Source: Eledone cirrhosa (Eukaryota). Taken from it: a stretch of DNA of 64,000 nt. A program made the position numbers and the translations under genes. Positions 27,208 through 49,499 of the stretch are shown in pieces (the stretch's first letter is position 1; each line of letters opens with the position of its first letter). The stretch is taken from NCBI GenBank assembly GCA_964016885.1, contig OZ024746.1, positions 79,112,001 through 79,176,000 on the forward strand, written 5' to 3'. A model generated the notes under the pieces. That model was not told where the DNA came from. It searched no databases and was given only the letters and a program-made list of their open reading frames with translations.

Positions 27208-27392
27208 GGATTGGCAGTATCGGTAGAGGGTCGGACGCCATGCTTTCCAGCATAGTTACGTCCCTTTACAATCTGAGTTCAAATTCCGCCGAGGTTGACT
27301 TTGCCTTTCATCCTTACGGGGTCGATAAAATAAAGTACCAGTAATGCACTGGGTGATTGCTGGCCTTGTGCCTAAAGTAGAAACAGTTATTA
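27208..27392 (+). mobile_element. SINE family A, young copy
   Basis: Near-identical to 11170-11352. Confidence 0.85.
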
Positions 27393-28429
27393 CTACTTGT
27401 AAGGGCGGGCTATTAGCTGAATCATTGTGGTGTCGGACAATATCCTACGGGGCATAGAGTTATGGCTATTTACGTTCAAAAGTTTCCAAGAATTCTTTTT
27501 TGCTTTAGTGCGAAGGCGTCGCTAGAACATCAGAGAGAAGGCTTTGTGATATTCGTCCCCTCTCTTCGATTCGTGTTCACATCCCGCTGAGGTCAACATT
27601 TCTTTTCATTCTTTCGATATCGATAAAAAAAAAAGAAGTAACTGCCAAATACTGGGGCCGTTTCTTTCACTATCTCTCTTTCTTAGTTTCCTTATATTAT
27701 TCTTACCTTTTTACCAGCAGAAATCGACTGAGATCAGAATTGGAAAATGATAGGCTCCGTCAGGATTGAATGTCCAATATACATCATATCTCATGACGGC
27801 GATCCTACGACACAACCTGGAGTATGGTCCCCATAGACAGATGCATGATTTAGTGCAGAACCATGGAGTATACGGAATTTACCAAGAATCCATTTCGTAA
27901 AATTTCGATCCTTTCATCTGACACAGATTGATGGTGAAATAAGCAGTATCCAATATTGCACTACTGCGGATGTTGCTGAAGCCGTATCCATTACCACGTC
28001 CCCTATAACGACAGATACACATATAATGGTGATAGCATGTCGCAATTTGTCTCAACAACCATTTTATCAAATATAAGAAACAGGCAATTTGCCAATTAGA
28101 GAACGCAATTACTCAATAAGAGGCAAATACCGCTGTCGAGACAACATATGTCACTTTTTACTGCTAATTAATGATACATATATATATTCAAAAGGTAAAC
28201 AGAAATAACAACACAATCGGTACAGTATATGGAAGGTATATATTAGGTTAACGCTTGAAATAGCAGGAAGAGGGTCTTAACGTTTCGGACGCTACTCCTT
28301 CAACAGAAGAAAGAATGAGAAATAAAATAGATTGAAGGGACGGGTGGGATGGAATTGAAAAAAATGTCTTTAGATAAAAAATAACAGGTCCATGCATGTT
28401 GACATCTCTTGCAAAACTGTAGCTAACCT

Positions 28430-28600
28430 ATTATATATATATATATATATAGTTTTAATATAGAAGAGCCTTCTACAGGAACTGTTTATATATATATATA
28501 TATATAGTTTTAATATAGAAGAGCCTTCTACAGGAACTGTTTATATATATATATAGTTTTAATATAGAAGAGCCTTCTACAGGAACTGTTTTTATATATA
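28430..28600. repeat. Three tandem units separated by variable (TA)n
   Basis: gttttaatatagaagagccttctacaggaactgttt x3. Confidence 0.85.
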
Positions 28601-28608
28601 TATACACA

Positions 28609-29207
28609 CATGGTGGCTGTCAACTCGTTTTCGAGTACGGCCACTACTTTATATCCATGTAGGAGAACCCCTACCGATGCGCTGAACAAGTGTGACTTTT
28701 TAGTCCAGCCAGCGACTTGAAAACTCTGGTACAAACACTACACTTGTGACAATTATTGACACATAGTGCTGGGCCCTTGTTACCATGTGACGACAAGTGC
28801 AGAGAGATCTCTAGATATAAAGCAATGCCTGTGCCGTGAAGCTTTTATAGTGAGCAAAGGCTCTGCACAAAGCCAGTCCCACTCTCTTAACCAAGATGAT
28901 ATTTATCAAAAAGAAGAACAATTCAACATCATTGGATACCATCAGGGTTGCAGGTGTTATATCAGAGTTTTCCTTCTCCTAGAATTCTGCCTTGACAAAG
29001 GCTAAGGGGTCATCTCTCCCGGTGATTTTGGATGGCTATTGACTCTTAAGAGCTCCTTTGCTCTTTGCCAGGTTTTGTTTATAGTCCTGCAGGATGTCGA
29101 AAGTCACCATCCTCACCAAGAAACCTTGGTGGGGTTGCCAGTTTAGTCACCAACGACCTGACCATGAGACAGGTTGTACTGGGATACATGTTACCAGTAG
29201 CACCAAC

Positions 29208-29209
<2 letters not shown>
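28609..29209 (-). mobile_element. RTE-derived non-autonomous element, copy 2
   Basis: Reverse complement of 63214-63823 over ~600 bp. Confidence 0.85.
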
Positions 29210-29238
<29 letters not shown>

Positions 29239-29387
29239 TGGAAAAGTAAACAACAACAACAAGGAGTACAGTTATGAAAGGTGTTACGTATTAGTTTCAG
29301 GCTTGGGAGTGGAGGGTGGTGAGTGATATATACACACACATATATATATATGCATATATATATATATATCAACATATTTATATGCAT

Positions 29388-29442
<55 letters not shown>

Positions 29443-29519
29443 GGTTACCAACATTTTACTTGCCTCTTTTATACGTATATAATGCTAAGCCCATCAACAT
29501 TTTCCTATAATAAAAACAA

Positions 29520-35960
<6,441 letters not shown>

Positions 35961-37248
35961 CTTCGACTTTGTAGTTGTTTTGTAAGGTTTTTGGTGTGAA
36001 ATCGAGTGACATAAGAGATATTATACTTCGGAAGGTTCATGCTGATATTAAAAACAATTTCAACAATTTCAACAATGTATGTGTGTGACTTACACACACG
36101 AAGATCCAAATGCAGGGCTACTCATCATTAGGAAAATAGCTGGTTGATGAAGAGGGAACCGAATTGAGCTCTTCTCTGCTGTTTGGCTGCGTGACAGACT
36201 GGAAATAATCAAGATGGTGTTGGTCCAAGGAAGATTCGATCCTTGTGCTTATTGAACTGCATCGGGTGTCATACATTTTGAGTTAACATCTGGTATATTG
36301 TGGGGCTGTATAAATGAGGCCATCTTAAAATCAAACGACCAGAGATAACTCGAGTTCCCGGTCCAAATTAGGTTGCCACATCTTTCAAAGAACCTCGTTG
36401 ACTTGGGCGTGACGGGAGACGTTGGATAAAAGGTGTACCGGCAGTACAAGGCCATATGAGGAGTTGAGGTCGAGGCCAGGTACAGATCAAATAAAAGTAA
36501 AACAAAAGGAAAGTAAGACTTTATGGTAATTTGAAAAAGCAAATGAAAACAAATTCTTTAAAATTGAATTTGAGGAAGTGGTGGAGTATACTTGACCTTT
36601 ATAAACTACATATTGGTAAAGATGAGGGGATTAATACTCTGCTTGAACTTCGCTAGGATCTTGCCCGAATGGAAGCTAACATGATCAGGGAGCATGTGCT
36701 AGAGGTGGGGGTGCATACAAGTTGTTTTATATTTAAGAATTGAGCAAAGTGCTTTTCGTGAATTATAATTATCATATATCAATAAATGTCATGGTGGTGT
36801 TGATGGCAAGGCTGGTAGTGACATTAATGGTGTTGGTGATTGTGGTAGAGATGTTAGTGTTGATAATATTGTCGATCGTGGTAGAGATGATGAGGGTTGT
36901 AGTGGGGTTGATGGTGATAGTGGTGGTGTTGGCATTGGTGGAAATAGTTGTCGTAGGAGGAGATTAAAAAGCATAGGAATGACGAGTGGACAGCTCAGGT
37001 GAGTCGTACACACAGCCGTGTGTTGGAGGACAGACCGAAGTCTTTAAAAAATGATAATATATATATATTTTTTTTTAATTGATTTTTTGTAGAAAATAGT
37101 TCAAATCTTTAAGAAAGATTCTTTTTGTTCAAACCTTTTTCTGTTGGTATCGGTTGCAGCCATATTTGTATGTGTATTTTGGAAAGGAGATGTGGCACTC
37201 GCCAAATAGGACCAAGGTAACTATGTTTCCATTATTATTTCCATTGCT

Positions 37249-37442
37249 GAGGGCGGCGGATTGGCAGTATCGGTAGAGGGTCGGACGCCATGCTTTCCAG
37301 CATAGTTACGTCCCTTTATGATCTGAGTTCAAATCCCACCGAGGTTAACTTTGCCTTTCATCCTTACGAGGTCGATAAAATAAAGTACCAGTAATGCACT
37401 GGGATAATTGCTGGCCTTGTGCCTAAAGTAGAAACAATTATT
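37249..37442 (+). mobile_element. SINE family A, full-length young copy
   Basis: gagggcggcggattggcagtatcgg...gagttcaaatcc...gcctttcatcctt...gcctaaagtagaaacaatta. Confidence 0.88.
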
Positions 37443-38959
37443 TCCATTGCTGGTACTATAAACCGGTTACAACTTATAGCAGAAGCGTCACCGCCTTTCC
37501 GGTGTCAGGAGATGTGATTTAAATTCAAGAAGCACAGAATCGGAACAGATACGACCAAGAAATCAGCTAAAACCATAGAGAGCCGAAACAACTACTGAGA
37601 CATTCAATCCTACGCTTTAAAGACTCTGCGGATTCGCCTTCTTTTAACACTTCCGATCCCCCTTATTTTCATTATGAAAGACATTGCCTATGATTTTCAA
37701 AAAATTCGAAGGATTTAGTAAAATATGTCTTAATGTTAAGCTGCTATTTGGAGCAATATAAATTCTCTTACATAAACCCTAAAAGAAGTTTTTAAAATAG
37801 ATATAAACAATTTAAAAAAATTGCAGCTTCAGGGAATTTGGTACCAAAAGGTTTTAAATGAGTGAGATATTCATACAGTTCATCGTATTCAGGCTATTAC
37901 CTTCACGACCAAATGGCTGTGAATCCTTGTATCAATAAAAGAAATCAATACTATACATATTATGGCAGCAGTTTATTAGAACTGTCCTTTTTTCTACCCG
38001 AGTTATATCCCTTTGCAGCCAAGTCGACTTTTTCTTTTGTCCCTTACGAGATCCATGACATCAGTATTCAACAAAGTATTTGAAATCTATATCATGGTCT
38101 AAAAAATATATTGAAGATTGTTCCCCAGCATGATTGGAATTCAATGGTTGAAAGCAGTAAAAAATGAATAAAGATCTAAATGTACTTTGGAACATTGTCA
38201 TATTAATAGAAATAAATTAGATTTTTCAGTTATAGAGGTGTGAGTGTGTGTATGAGTGAATGGAGAGTTATAATGCTTAATTGGATAGAAAACTAAAGAG
38301 GATCATAAAAGGATTTTTGTCATATTGGCTATTACTAAATTGGTGACGAATTATGGCGTTAATAAATGACAGATAGTGTTTTTCTAGCACCATCTACAAA
38401 AACTGCATTGTGGGTAATTACTAAACAAAGAATAAATAAATAAAGTTAAAATACCCAAAGGCTATTTTAAAAATCAATGCCAATACATCTTTTATTCTCT
38501 AAAATTAAAAATTGGTTTTCTCACCATGGTACAATACGCAGGGGGGGGGGGGGGGGGGATAGGATTTCATGATATACTGTATTTTTTCGTTAATAATATT
38601 TTTTTCTAATTTCCATTTAACTGCATGGCATCAATTTATTTTGAAAACATTTATTTAATGTCAAGGCATTTTTTTATTTTCACGACATACATTCATTTAG
38701 AAAATATAAGTATATTTTCATGACACTCATCTTTCATGGCGTATATTAGTCTTCAAATTTATATATATTTGAAAGGCATGTATTTATTTACAAGATTTGC
38801 ATTTATTTTGAAGATATATTTTTATGACATGCGGGGCCTCAATTAATCTATATATTGTGTGCTTCGTTGTATTCATTCATCTTCAACATATGTATGTATC
38901 TTATTCGAATGCATTTATACTATTAATTTATCTCCATTGAGTACGTTGAACTCCATATC

Positions 38960-39475
38960 ATTAATTTATCGTCATAGCATTCAGTTACAGCCATAGCATT
39001 CATTTCACATCATAACCATCATATGTTATCATAGCATTCATTTACAGTCATAGCATTCATTTCACATCATAACCATCATATATTATCATAGTATTCATTT
39101 ACAGCCATATCATTCATTTCACATCATAAGCATCATATATTATCATGGCATTCATTTACAGTCATAACATTCATTTCACATCATAACCTTCATATATTAT
39201 CATAGCGTTCATTTACAGCCATAGAATTCATTTCACATCATAACCATCATATATTATCATAGCATTCATTTACATTCATAGAATTCATTTCATATCATAA
39301 CCCTCATATATTATCATGGCATTCATTTACAGCCATAGCATTCATTTCACATCATAAGCTTCATATATTACTATGGCATTCATTTACAACCATAGCATTC
39401 ATTTACAGTCATAGTATTCATTTACAATCAAAGCATACATTTAACGTCGTAACATTCATTTAACGACATAGCATT
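38960..39475 (+). repeat. Minisatellite with ~58-bp units built from ~19-bp subunits
   Basis: catagcattcatttacagt-catagcattcatttcacat-cataaccatcatatattat repeated. Confidence 0.85.
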
Positions 39476-39715
39476 GCTTTATCTGTATATCATTAGTTTA
39501 TCTAGTATGTGTGTATGTGTATATATGTGTGTATGTGTATATATGTGTGTATGTATATATATATATGTCTGGGAGAGAGAGTCCGTAAGTGTAGATATAC
39601 GTTTGACGTCTTCTATGAAATCTACCAGCAAATATCTTGCATTTATATTTATCTGTGACACCGTCTTCATGATCTATACAATAAATTAAATACTGAAATT
39701 ACGTTTTAGAATTAG

Positions 39716-39766
<51 letters not shown>

Positions 39767-39949
39767 CAGAATGTCTGTAATGTGTGTCTACAAACGACTA
39801 CATATCCATTTATTCCTTCATGTAATCATGTCTCTACATAAATGCACACACACATTCGCATACACACATATACATGTATGCACACATACACATATGCATA
39901 TATATATATATGCATCTATCTATCTATCTCTCTATCTCTCTATATATAT

Positions 39950-40016
<67 letters not shown>

Positions 40017-40257
40017 CTCTTTCACATACATAACTTCATGTTTTGTGATCTGTCACCTCTCATAAATATTCAAATGGTTATTGGTTTTGTCGGTTGTTTA
40101 GATCAACTTCCGGTGATTCAGTGTAACAATACTCTTCCCGGCATTCATTACCTCCCTTTACCTTCCCCATTCACACTGTCCTCAACGTATATCTTCAGTG
40201 CTCCATTCAAGCGTACCATTGATAAAATACTACCCATTCTCTCTCTCTTTCTTTCTC

Positions 40258-40288
<31 letters not shown>

Positions 40289-40647
40289 CTCTCTCTTTCT
40301 TTCTCTCTTTCTTCTTTCTCTCTTTCTTTCTTTTTTTCTTTCTTTCTTTCCTTTCTTTCCTATCAGTATTTGATGAGACATTACGAATATTTCACTAAGA
40401 TGAATCAATGACAATCATAGGTCTGTGGTCGATTTATATTTATTTATATTTTCTTTTTTCCCCCCTGATAGAGTGGGGATGGGGTAAGGGTCCTTTGGTT
40501 GTTGTTTTGTTTTTTATTTATCTGTTTATTAGTATTTTCATTTGTTTGTTTGTCTGCAACAATTAATGGGCTGTACTATTTATTGCCTCTCGCTCTTCTG
40601 GCTTTCTCTTTTCCTTCATCTTTTATCGTTCGCTCTCTCTCTCTCTC

Positions 40648-40705
<58 letters not shown>

Positions 40706-40853
40706 ACTCCCTCTTTCTCTTTTTCTCACTCTCACTCTTTCATTTAATTTTGTTCTTTATCTCTCCCTCTCTCATTCTTCCTCTCTCGCCTTCCCTCTCT
40801 CTGGATATATATATATATATATATATTATCAAATGATTCTATGGACATACTTT

Positions 40854-40910
<57 letters not shown>

Positions 40911-40931
40911 ATGTATATATATATGTATATA

Positions 40932-41024
<93 letters not shown>

Positions 41025-41035
41025 ATATGTATATA

Positions 41036-41095
<60 letters not shown>

Positions 41096-41115
41096 CATAT
41101 ACACACACACATATA

Positions 41116-41263
<148 letters not shown>

Positions 41264-41764
41264 CTATTTCTCAATCTATATCAAAAAGAGGGAATGGTCA
41301 TAGCTGGAATGCTTTTGACCGTAGTTTTGCATTATCACGGGTCAACTGAGGTTAAACAACAACGACAACAACAAGAAAAACAACAACCTTAGTCGCTATT
41401 TCTATATATTTTGTCCCCCTCACTCACCATTATATGTATGAATTTATGTGTTGTGTTTGTATATGAGTGTGTGAAGGGGTATATGTGTGTGCGTACATGC
41501 GTGTATACGCTTATACAATTGTATAGGCAAGCAGTTATTTACATATATATATGCTGACGTATATTTATGTGTGTGTTTGTGCTGTGTGGGGTGGGGTGTG
41601 GGAGTGGATATGTATGGGTGTATTTGTGTGCCTATTTGTTTTGGGGTATGTGCTCGTATTTTTGTATATGTATTTTTGTGTATGTATTCGTGTGTATATA
41701 CGTATATATGTGTGTGCCTATGTCTGATTATAAGTAGATGGCTATGATTTTAATTTAGATAATC

Positions 41765-42085
41765 AGATTGAACTGGCAAAGCCAACTGGCAGGAAACCCA
41801 AAGGTCGACCACGAGAAAGACAGTTGCAAAAGACCCAGTAGCTGGGATGGGCCTGCCAGGGGATTCAGCTGGATTAATTGGAGACAGTTGCTTCTGATAG
41901 GACACTCTAGATTCTAGAAGACATGTCTGAAGACTCTGTTTCACGACTTTACCAGGAATAAGTGGGAGAAGAAGAAGAAGAAGAAGAAGAAGAAGAAGAA
42001 GAAGAAGAAGAAGAAGAAGAAGAAGAAGAAGAAGAAGAAGAAGAAGAAGAAGAAGAAGAAGAAGAAGAAGAAGAAGAAGAAGAAG
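41765..42085 (+). mobile_element. RTE-clade LINE 3' end with a long (GAA)n tail
   Basis: AKPTGRKPKGRPR...LGW..QGIQ...LETVASDR relic, followed by (GAA)n at 41968-42085. Confidence 0.7.
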
Positions 42086-42289
42086 ACATAATAAGCAGTC
42101 ATTTACGACAGTTTGAAAAAGTTTATATTGATTCTCATAAAAAATATCGAATCTAAATATAAACCCGTGTTAGGTAATAAAAATACATTTAGCTTATTCT
42201 TATATACATTCCCTGACATAACACTCACAGATGTATTGGGATAAAAACGAAATAGAACATCAAAATAAATGAACGCGATGAAGAAAAAT

Positions 42290-42765
42290 GGGTGCTATGA
42301 CAGTAAATAAATTCTCTAAGGCGTTAAAGGAATGTTAAGCTGGTAAATGAATGTTATGGTGGTAAATGAGTGCTAAGACGTAACGTGAATGCTATGATGG
42401 GAAATTAATTCTCTACGGCGTTAAAGGAACGTTAAGATGGTAAATTAATGCTATGGTGGTAAATGAATGCTAAGATGTGACGTGAATGTTACGATAATAA
42501 ATGAATGCTAAGACATTAAATGAATGCTATAGTGGTCAATGATTGCTATCATGTCAAATGAATTCTATGAAGGTAAATGAATGTTATGGCTGTAGACTAA
42601 TGCTATGACTGTAAATGAATGCAAAGATGTTAAGTGGTATAACGCGGAATGAATGTTATGACGTTAAATAAATGCTATAACGTTGAATGAATGCTTTAAT
42701 GTTAACTGAATGCCATAACGTTAAATGAATGCCATGTTGTTAAATGAATGCCATCACGTTTAGAG
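42290..42765 (-). repeat. ~19-bp minisatellite, inverse of the 38960-39475 subunit
   Basis: gtaaatgaatgctatgac-type units. Confidence 0.75.
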
Positions 42766-43664
42766 AAATAATTACAAATAAAGATAAATAAATGTCATTA
42801 AGATGATAAATATGATGATAAATATTTCAGTGGATACGATTAATTATATAATGCATATCGTAACAAAAAGTAATTTGAGGGCCGTATTTTGACCCGAGGT
42901 TCAATAATATATTTATAGAAATATGGTATTAGATATTAGTATATTAGAATATTAGATATTAGTATATTGAGAGAGAACTAGAGAAAAGGAACTGGTGGGG
43001 ATGGAGAGAGACAAATAGACACAGAGTATTGGAGAAAAAAGATAAAGAGACGAAGAAAACTTAATGACAGGTGAGAAATAGTATCTCGCATTAACTGTTA
43101 CAAAAAATAGAAAAGTAACAACCTAGAGAGAACACACACATCTCCTGCGCCAAATATATTATCCAAATCTGTTCTTTATTGAAACTCTCATAAAATTCGA
43201 TGTCTTTGATATAGACTAGATCCATATATCGAAATAATACTTGAATCATCTAGATGTAAAGATAAAGTTTGGTGCAAATATATAATCTTTCTCGGCAGTG
43301 CTGTATACAGTCAGGCATTCGTTCATAATATTATTTATTCATAGCTAATCAGAATCAAAAATATACAAGTCTATACAAAGTAAAAGAAGACAAACAAACA
43401 ACACAGATATAGAAGCCAACATCTTGTGATACTGTCATGTCGTCTTGAATCTTCGATAAGATGGAATTGCGAAATTAGTAGATTGACTTCAAGGAACAAA
43501 AAATACCCGTGGAATTAGAAAATTCAAAAATAAACCATATCAAAGAGAAACATAGTTATTTTTCATTAGATATCTTTCAACGAAAACCTGCTCTCTGTTT
43601 ATACAAAAAGTACACACATATTTATGCATTTATACATACACACACAAACACACACAAACACACA

Positions 43665-43709
<45 letters not shown>

Positions 43710-43723
43710 ACACACACACACAT

Positions 43724-43761
<38 letters not shown>

Positions 43762-43838
43762 GTGTGTGTATGTTTGTGTGTGTATATATACATTCAAACA
43801 TACATACATATATACACACATACACACATATATACGTA

Positions 43839-43875
<37 letters not shown>

Positions 43876-44220
43876 TATATATATACATAGATATACCTAT
43901 ACATATACATATGTATATTGTGTATATGTGTGAGTGGTGTGTCTGTGTGTATGTGTGTATATGTGTGTGTGTGTGTGCGTCTGTGTCTGTGTATATGTGT
44001 GTGTTTGTGTGCGTCTGTGTCTGTGTATATGTGTGTGTGTGTGTGTATCTGTGTATATGTGTGTATATTTGTGTGTTTGTGCGTGTGTGTATGTGTGTAT
44101 CTGTGTCTGTGTATGTGTGTGTGTGTGTGTGTGCGTGTGTGTCTGTGTATATGTGTGTATATTTGTGTGTTTGTGTGTGTGTATGTGTGTGTCTGTGTAT
44201 GTGTTTATGTGTCTGTGTCT

Positions 44221-44265
<45 letters not shown>

Positions 44266-44601
44266 TATATTTGTGTGTTTGTGTGTGTGTGTATGTGTGT
44301 ATCTGTGTATGTGTGTGTATATGTGTGTGTGTGTATGTATGTGTCTTTATGTATGCACGATTCGATTCATCATTCACTATCTATGTATGTTTTTTCGACA
44401 TTAGAGCATCAATTATTTAAATATTAATTTCATATTATTTTGCTTACATATATCTGAACATATGTATATATCTATATTTTGATATCGTTCTCTTCTTTTT
44501 TATGTACATGTAATATATCTATACTTGGAGAAAGATTGATGGATATTCTAATTGAGTTATCGTATTGATATGTGTACAGTCTTTATACGTACACATATCC
44601 T

Positions 44602-44632
<31 letters not shown>

Positions 44633-44728
44633 CATATCAATATCTGCGCATATGATATGACCCACATTTACATATACAGTACATATGTACCACACACACA
44701 CACACGTACATATATAGATACGTATATA

Positions 44729-44808
<80 letters not shown>

Positions 44809-44832
44809 TGCACACACACATACATATATATA

Positions 44833-44878
<46 letters not shown>

Positions 44879-44890
44879 TACATATATATA

Positions 44891-44999
<109 letters not shown>

Positions 45000-45771
45000 G
45001 TGATATATGTGTTTCTATCTTTCTTAGTGTATGTAAATGTGGGTCGTATTACATGAGCAGGTGTTGAGGTTGACAGAAAAATACAATAAAAAGCATCAAA
45101 TTTGACATAGTTTGAAGCGGATCGTTGATAGTTCAAAGCTTACATATATTGATTAAATCGCTTGCAACTTAGAATTCAATAGAATATTGGTATGGAGACA
45201 CAACTTAAATACTAGGATTCATTGTATGTCATGATTCTGTTCAGTTAAGGGGTTAACATAGTGGTTCTCAGAGACCGAATTAAAATTTCTCTCCTTGCGA
45301 TCTTAAGATTTCATAATTCCTACCCTTTTTTGAATTGACATCTAATAATTTTTCACCCGAGCATCATATTTACACGAGCAAAACCTTTCTAGCTTCCACA
45401 GTTGTATAGTCCTAAACCAAACGGGATTAAGTCTGATGTAGAATTTCTGTTTATCTCTTATTTCGTCACCACACTTATATATGGCTCTATCAGTATTTCA
45501 GTCGATATATGCACAATGTACCAAATGTTTCTCCAATGAGAATTACCGGCTCAACAAGAATGAAGTACGAATTCTGCCATATCTTTCATTCTGTGTAATG
45601 GCGACCCATTTAAAGGTTTGTGTATCATACAAGACTGACACGTTATTCAAAACAAAATCTTTCTATCTACCTACTGTCAGATCCCTCTCTCCGCCACTTT
45701 GTCAAATATATGTCTCACACACACACACAAATATATATATATATATAGAGTTCATATACATGCATACATAA

Positions 45772-45829
<58 letters not shown>

Positions 45830-46624
45830 ATGTACGTACGTATGTATGTATATATATATATATAATCCAAACTAGGAAAGGTATAATTAAGAAATAAAAA
45901 ATAAGAGAGTGAGCAAAAAGGAAAGAGTGAGAGAGAGAGTGTGTGAGTGAGAGGGAGAAGGAGAGAGATAAAAGAAGCAAAAATAAGAAAAAATTAAACA
46001 GGAGGACAGTAATAATGCAGTTATATGTTGTATTGGGAGATCATTATGGTTCGTCGATCCTTGAGAATATTTTCTACTTCCAGGTTTGGTGACTTTTGAA
46101 GACCAGCTTCAAGATGTCGGCTCTCTCAGACTGATAGCTTTTCCATTGGAACAAACAGAGCAATAAAGTTTCTGGATAGTCTCCCCAAGAACATGCAGAT
46201 ATTTCCATATGACACTTTCAAAACCAACACATCTTGGTGTAATAACCTTTTTCAGTGCCTGATACGTTTTTAAACATTAACAGATTTGGTTGAGATAATG
46301 AAGGATTCTTCCCCAATGTTTCCCACATTTATTTAGTTTTCGCTGAATTATTTGACTTGTGATAGATTTGAAATGAGATCTATATTTATTTCCTCCCCTT
46401 TCTGATCCATCTTATGTTAATTCATCTGCTTTCATTTGACACCTAATATCTGTTTAGTCTGTTATTCAAATCATTGTTTCTTGTTTATTATGGTAGAGAA
46501 ATAGCCATGTATTATTAACAGGATACACTCAATATGTACAATTTCTATAACCTGACCTATTTATCTGGATTGAAATAGAAACTTCTTTTCCCATAGCGTT
46601 TCTTTAGCCGAGTCTATGGATGTA

Positions 46625-46765
<141 letters not shown>

Positions 46766-46877
46766 CACAAACATGACTGGCTGAACACACATGCTTTTTC
46801 TCAAAAATAATTTTTTGTCCGACCCTTCTTCTTCACACGCTCTATCTTTCTATTTTCATCAATTATTTCTCATTCTA

Positions 46878-46913
46878 TCTTCTGATGAAGAATTAATGTT
46901 CGAAACGTCAAAA
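46878..46913 (+). ncRNA. Degenerate minimal hammerhead motif in a Penelope-type tail
   Basis: CTGATGA-a-gaa(ttaatg)ttc-GAAA-cg-TC; stem I poorly paired. Confidence 0.35.
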
Positions 46914-47024
46914 CTATATTCCTACTATATCAAACGTTAAACTAATATATTTCTTTATTATTCTATATTGTTTGCTTTGTTGTTTGTGTTTACTTTCACA
47001 TGAATATATGCATATGCATACATA

Positions 47025-47097
<73 letters not shown>

Positions 47098-47257
47098 GGG
47101 ATTTACCAGTTTAGAAAAGTAAGGCCATTGTTAAGTTTAGTACCCAATACTTAAGAAAGTAGAGTGTGTAGGAATTACAATGAATCTCTGACCTCTTACC
47201 ACCTTCACAGCAAGCGCTCAGCCGTGGGACAGTAACTCATTACAAAATATATATGCG

Positions 47258-47980
47258 TGTCTGCGCGTGTGTGTTGAGGCTCGCGTGTGTGTTGAGGCTC
47301 GTGTGTGTGTTGAGACTCGTGTGTGTGTTTGAGACTCGTATGTGTGTTGAGATTCGTGTGTGTGTTGAGACTCGTGTGTGTGTTGAGGCTCGTGTGTGTG
47401 TTGAGGCTCGTGTGTGTGTTGAGACTCGTGTGTGTGTTTGAGACTCGTATGTGTGTTGAGATTCGTGTGTGTGTTGAGACTCGTGTGTGTGTTGAGGCTC
47501 GTGTGTGTGTTGAGGCTCGTGTGTGTGTTGAGACTCGTGTGTGTGTTGAGGCTCGTGTGTGTGTTGAGGCTCGTGTGTGTGTTGAGGCTCGTGTGTGTGT
47601 TGAGGCTCGTGTGTGTGTTGAGGCTCGTGTGTGTGTTGAGGCTCGTGTGTGTGTTGAGGCTCGTGTGTGTGTTGAGGCTCGTGTGTGTGTTGAGACTCGT
47701 GTGTGTGTTTGAGACTCGTATGTGTGTTGAGATTCGTGTGTGTGTTGAGACTCGTGTGTGTGTTGAGGCTCGTGTGTGTGTTGAGACTCGTGTGTGTGTT
47801 GAGGCTCGTGTGTGTGTTGAGGCTCGTGTGTGTGTTGAGGCTCATGTGTGTGTTGAGACTCGTGTGTGTGTTGAGGCTCGTGTGTGTGTTGAGACTCGTG
47901 TGTGTGTTGAGGCTCGTGTGTGTGTTGAGGCTCGTGTGTGTGTTGAGGCTCATGTGTGTGTTGAGACTCGTGTGTGTGTG
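47258..47980. repeat. 18-bp minisatellite (~40 units)
   Basis: gtgtgtgtgttgagRctc tandem units with recurring variant blocks. Confidence 0.95.
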
Positions 47981-48078
47981 TGTAAATTTATTTGTGATAT
48001 TCATATAAGCCCATGCAACAGTCTACTAGTTTTTCTATCTATTCAACTACATTCTTCTGACATACATCACGCATACAT

Positions 48079-48115
<37 letters not shown>

Positions 48116-48120
48116 CATAC

Positions 48121-48305
<185 letters not shown>

Positions 48306-48525
48306 TATATATACCTACATAATATCTATCTATATTTCTCTCTCTCTATATATATATATAGATATATATGTGTTTCTGAATAAGCATAATCAGTGTCTCT
48401 CGATCTCACTACATTTTTATAAATAACTATATATACAAATAATATATATATATATACACATGCACGTACGCACACACATACACAAACACACACATATACA
48501 TGTGTGTGTTTGTGTATGTATGAAC

Positions 48526-48617
<92 letters not shown>

Positions 48618-48981
48618 TGAGAGAGATAGAGTGAGGGAGACCTGTCTCGCCTTGATATATGTACATATGCACATACGCCTGATATAGTATAGAGAGTGTG
48701 TTTGAGTCATCAAACGACTTCTTATCCCCCCCGTCCTCCCACTCTTCAGTCAATTCCTTTCAAATTGTCAGCCATGTGTATTTCCTTAATGATTTGTGGC
48801 TTGCTACGTATTGCATCTGTATTTCTTTTCTTTCTCCAACGAAGCTGTAGGCCTCTAATTACTGGTAACCATTTCCACTGATCATCTACTTCATGATAGA
48901 TACATATATACGTGCATACATACATACATATTAATATACATATATGTATGTAAAAATAATATATGTGAACACGCACTGACA

Positions 48982-49081
<100 letters not shown>

Positions 49082-49227
49082 GTATATGCACACAAACATA
49101 CATGAATACATGCATACTTAGCTATCAACATACATGGATACATACATTTATACATAATACTTACATATAAATATAATAATCATATAAATGTGTATACACA
49201 CACACACACCCACCCACACACACATAC

Positions 49228-49336
<109 letters not shown>

Positions 49337-49499
49337 TACATATATATACATATATACATGTATATATATATATATGAGAGGCACCAATCTATTTATCTAA
49401 CCGTAATGCCTTGATAGACATTTTACTTGCATTCACTGACATATTTTACATACTTATCAATACACACATAGAAACCTACCAATAGAAACATACTTAAAT

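Noticed and set aside
36110-36560. Non-repetitive stretch with faint resemblance to LINE ORF1 (LEFPVQIRL)
   Set aside because: Multiple stops and too little similarity to call by eye
46040-46270. Possible CR1-like 3' remnant (FLDSLPKNM)
   Set aside because: Too degenerate to support without a profile search
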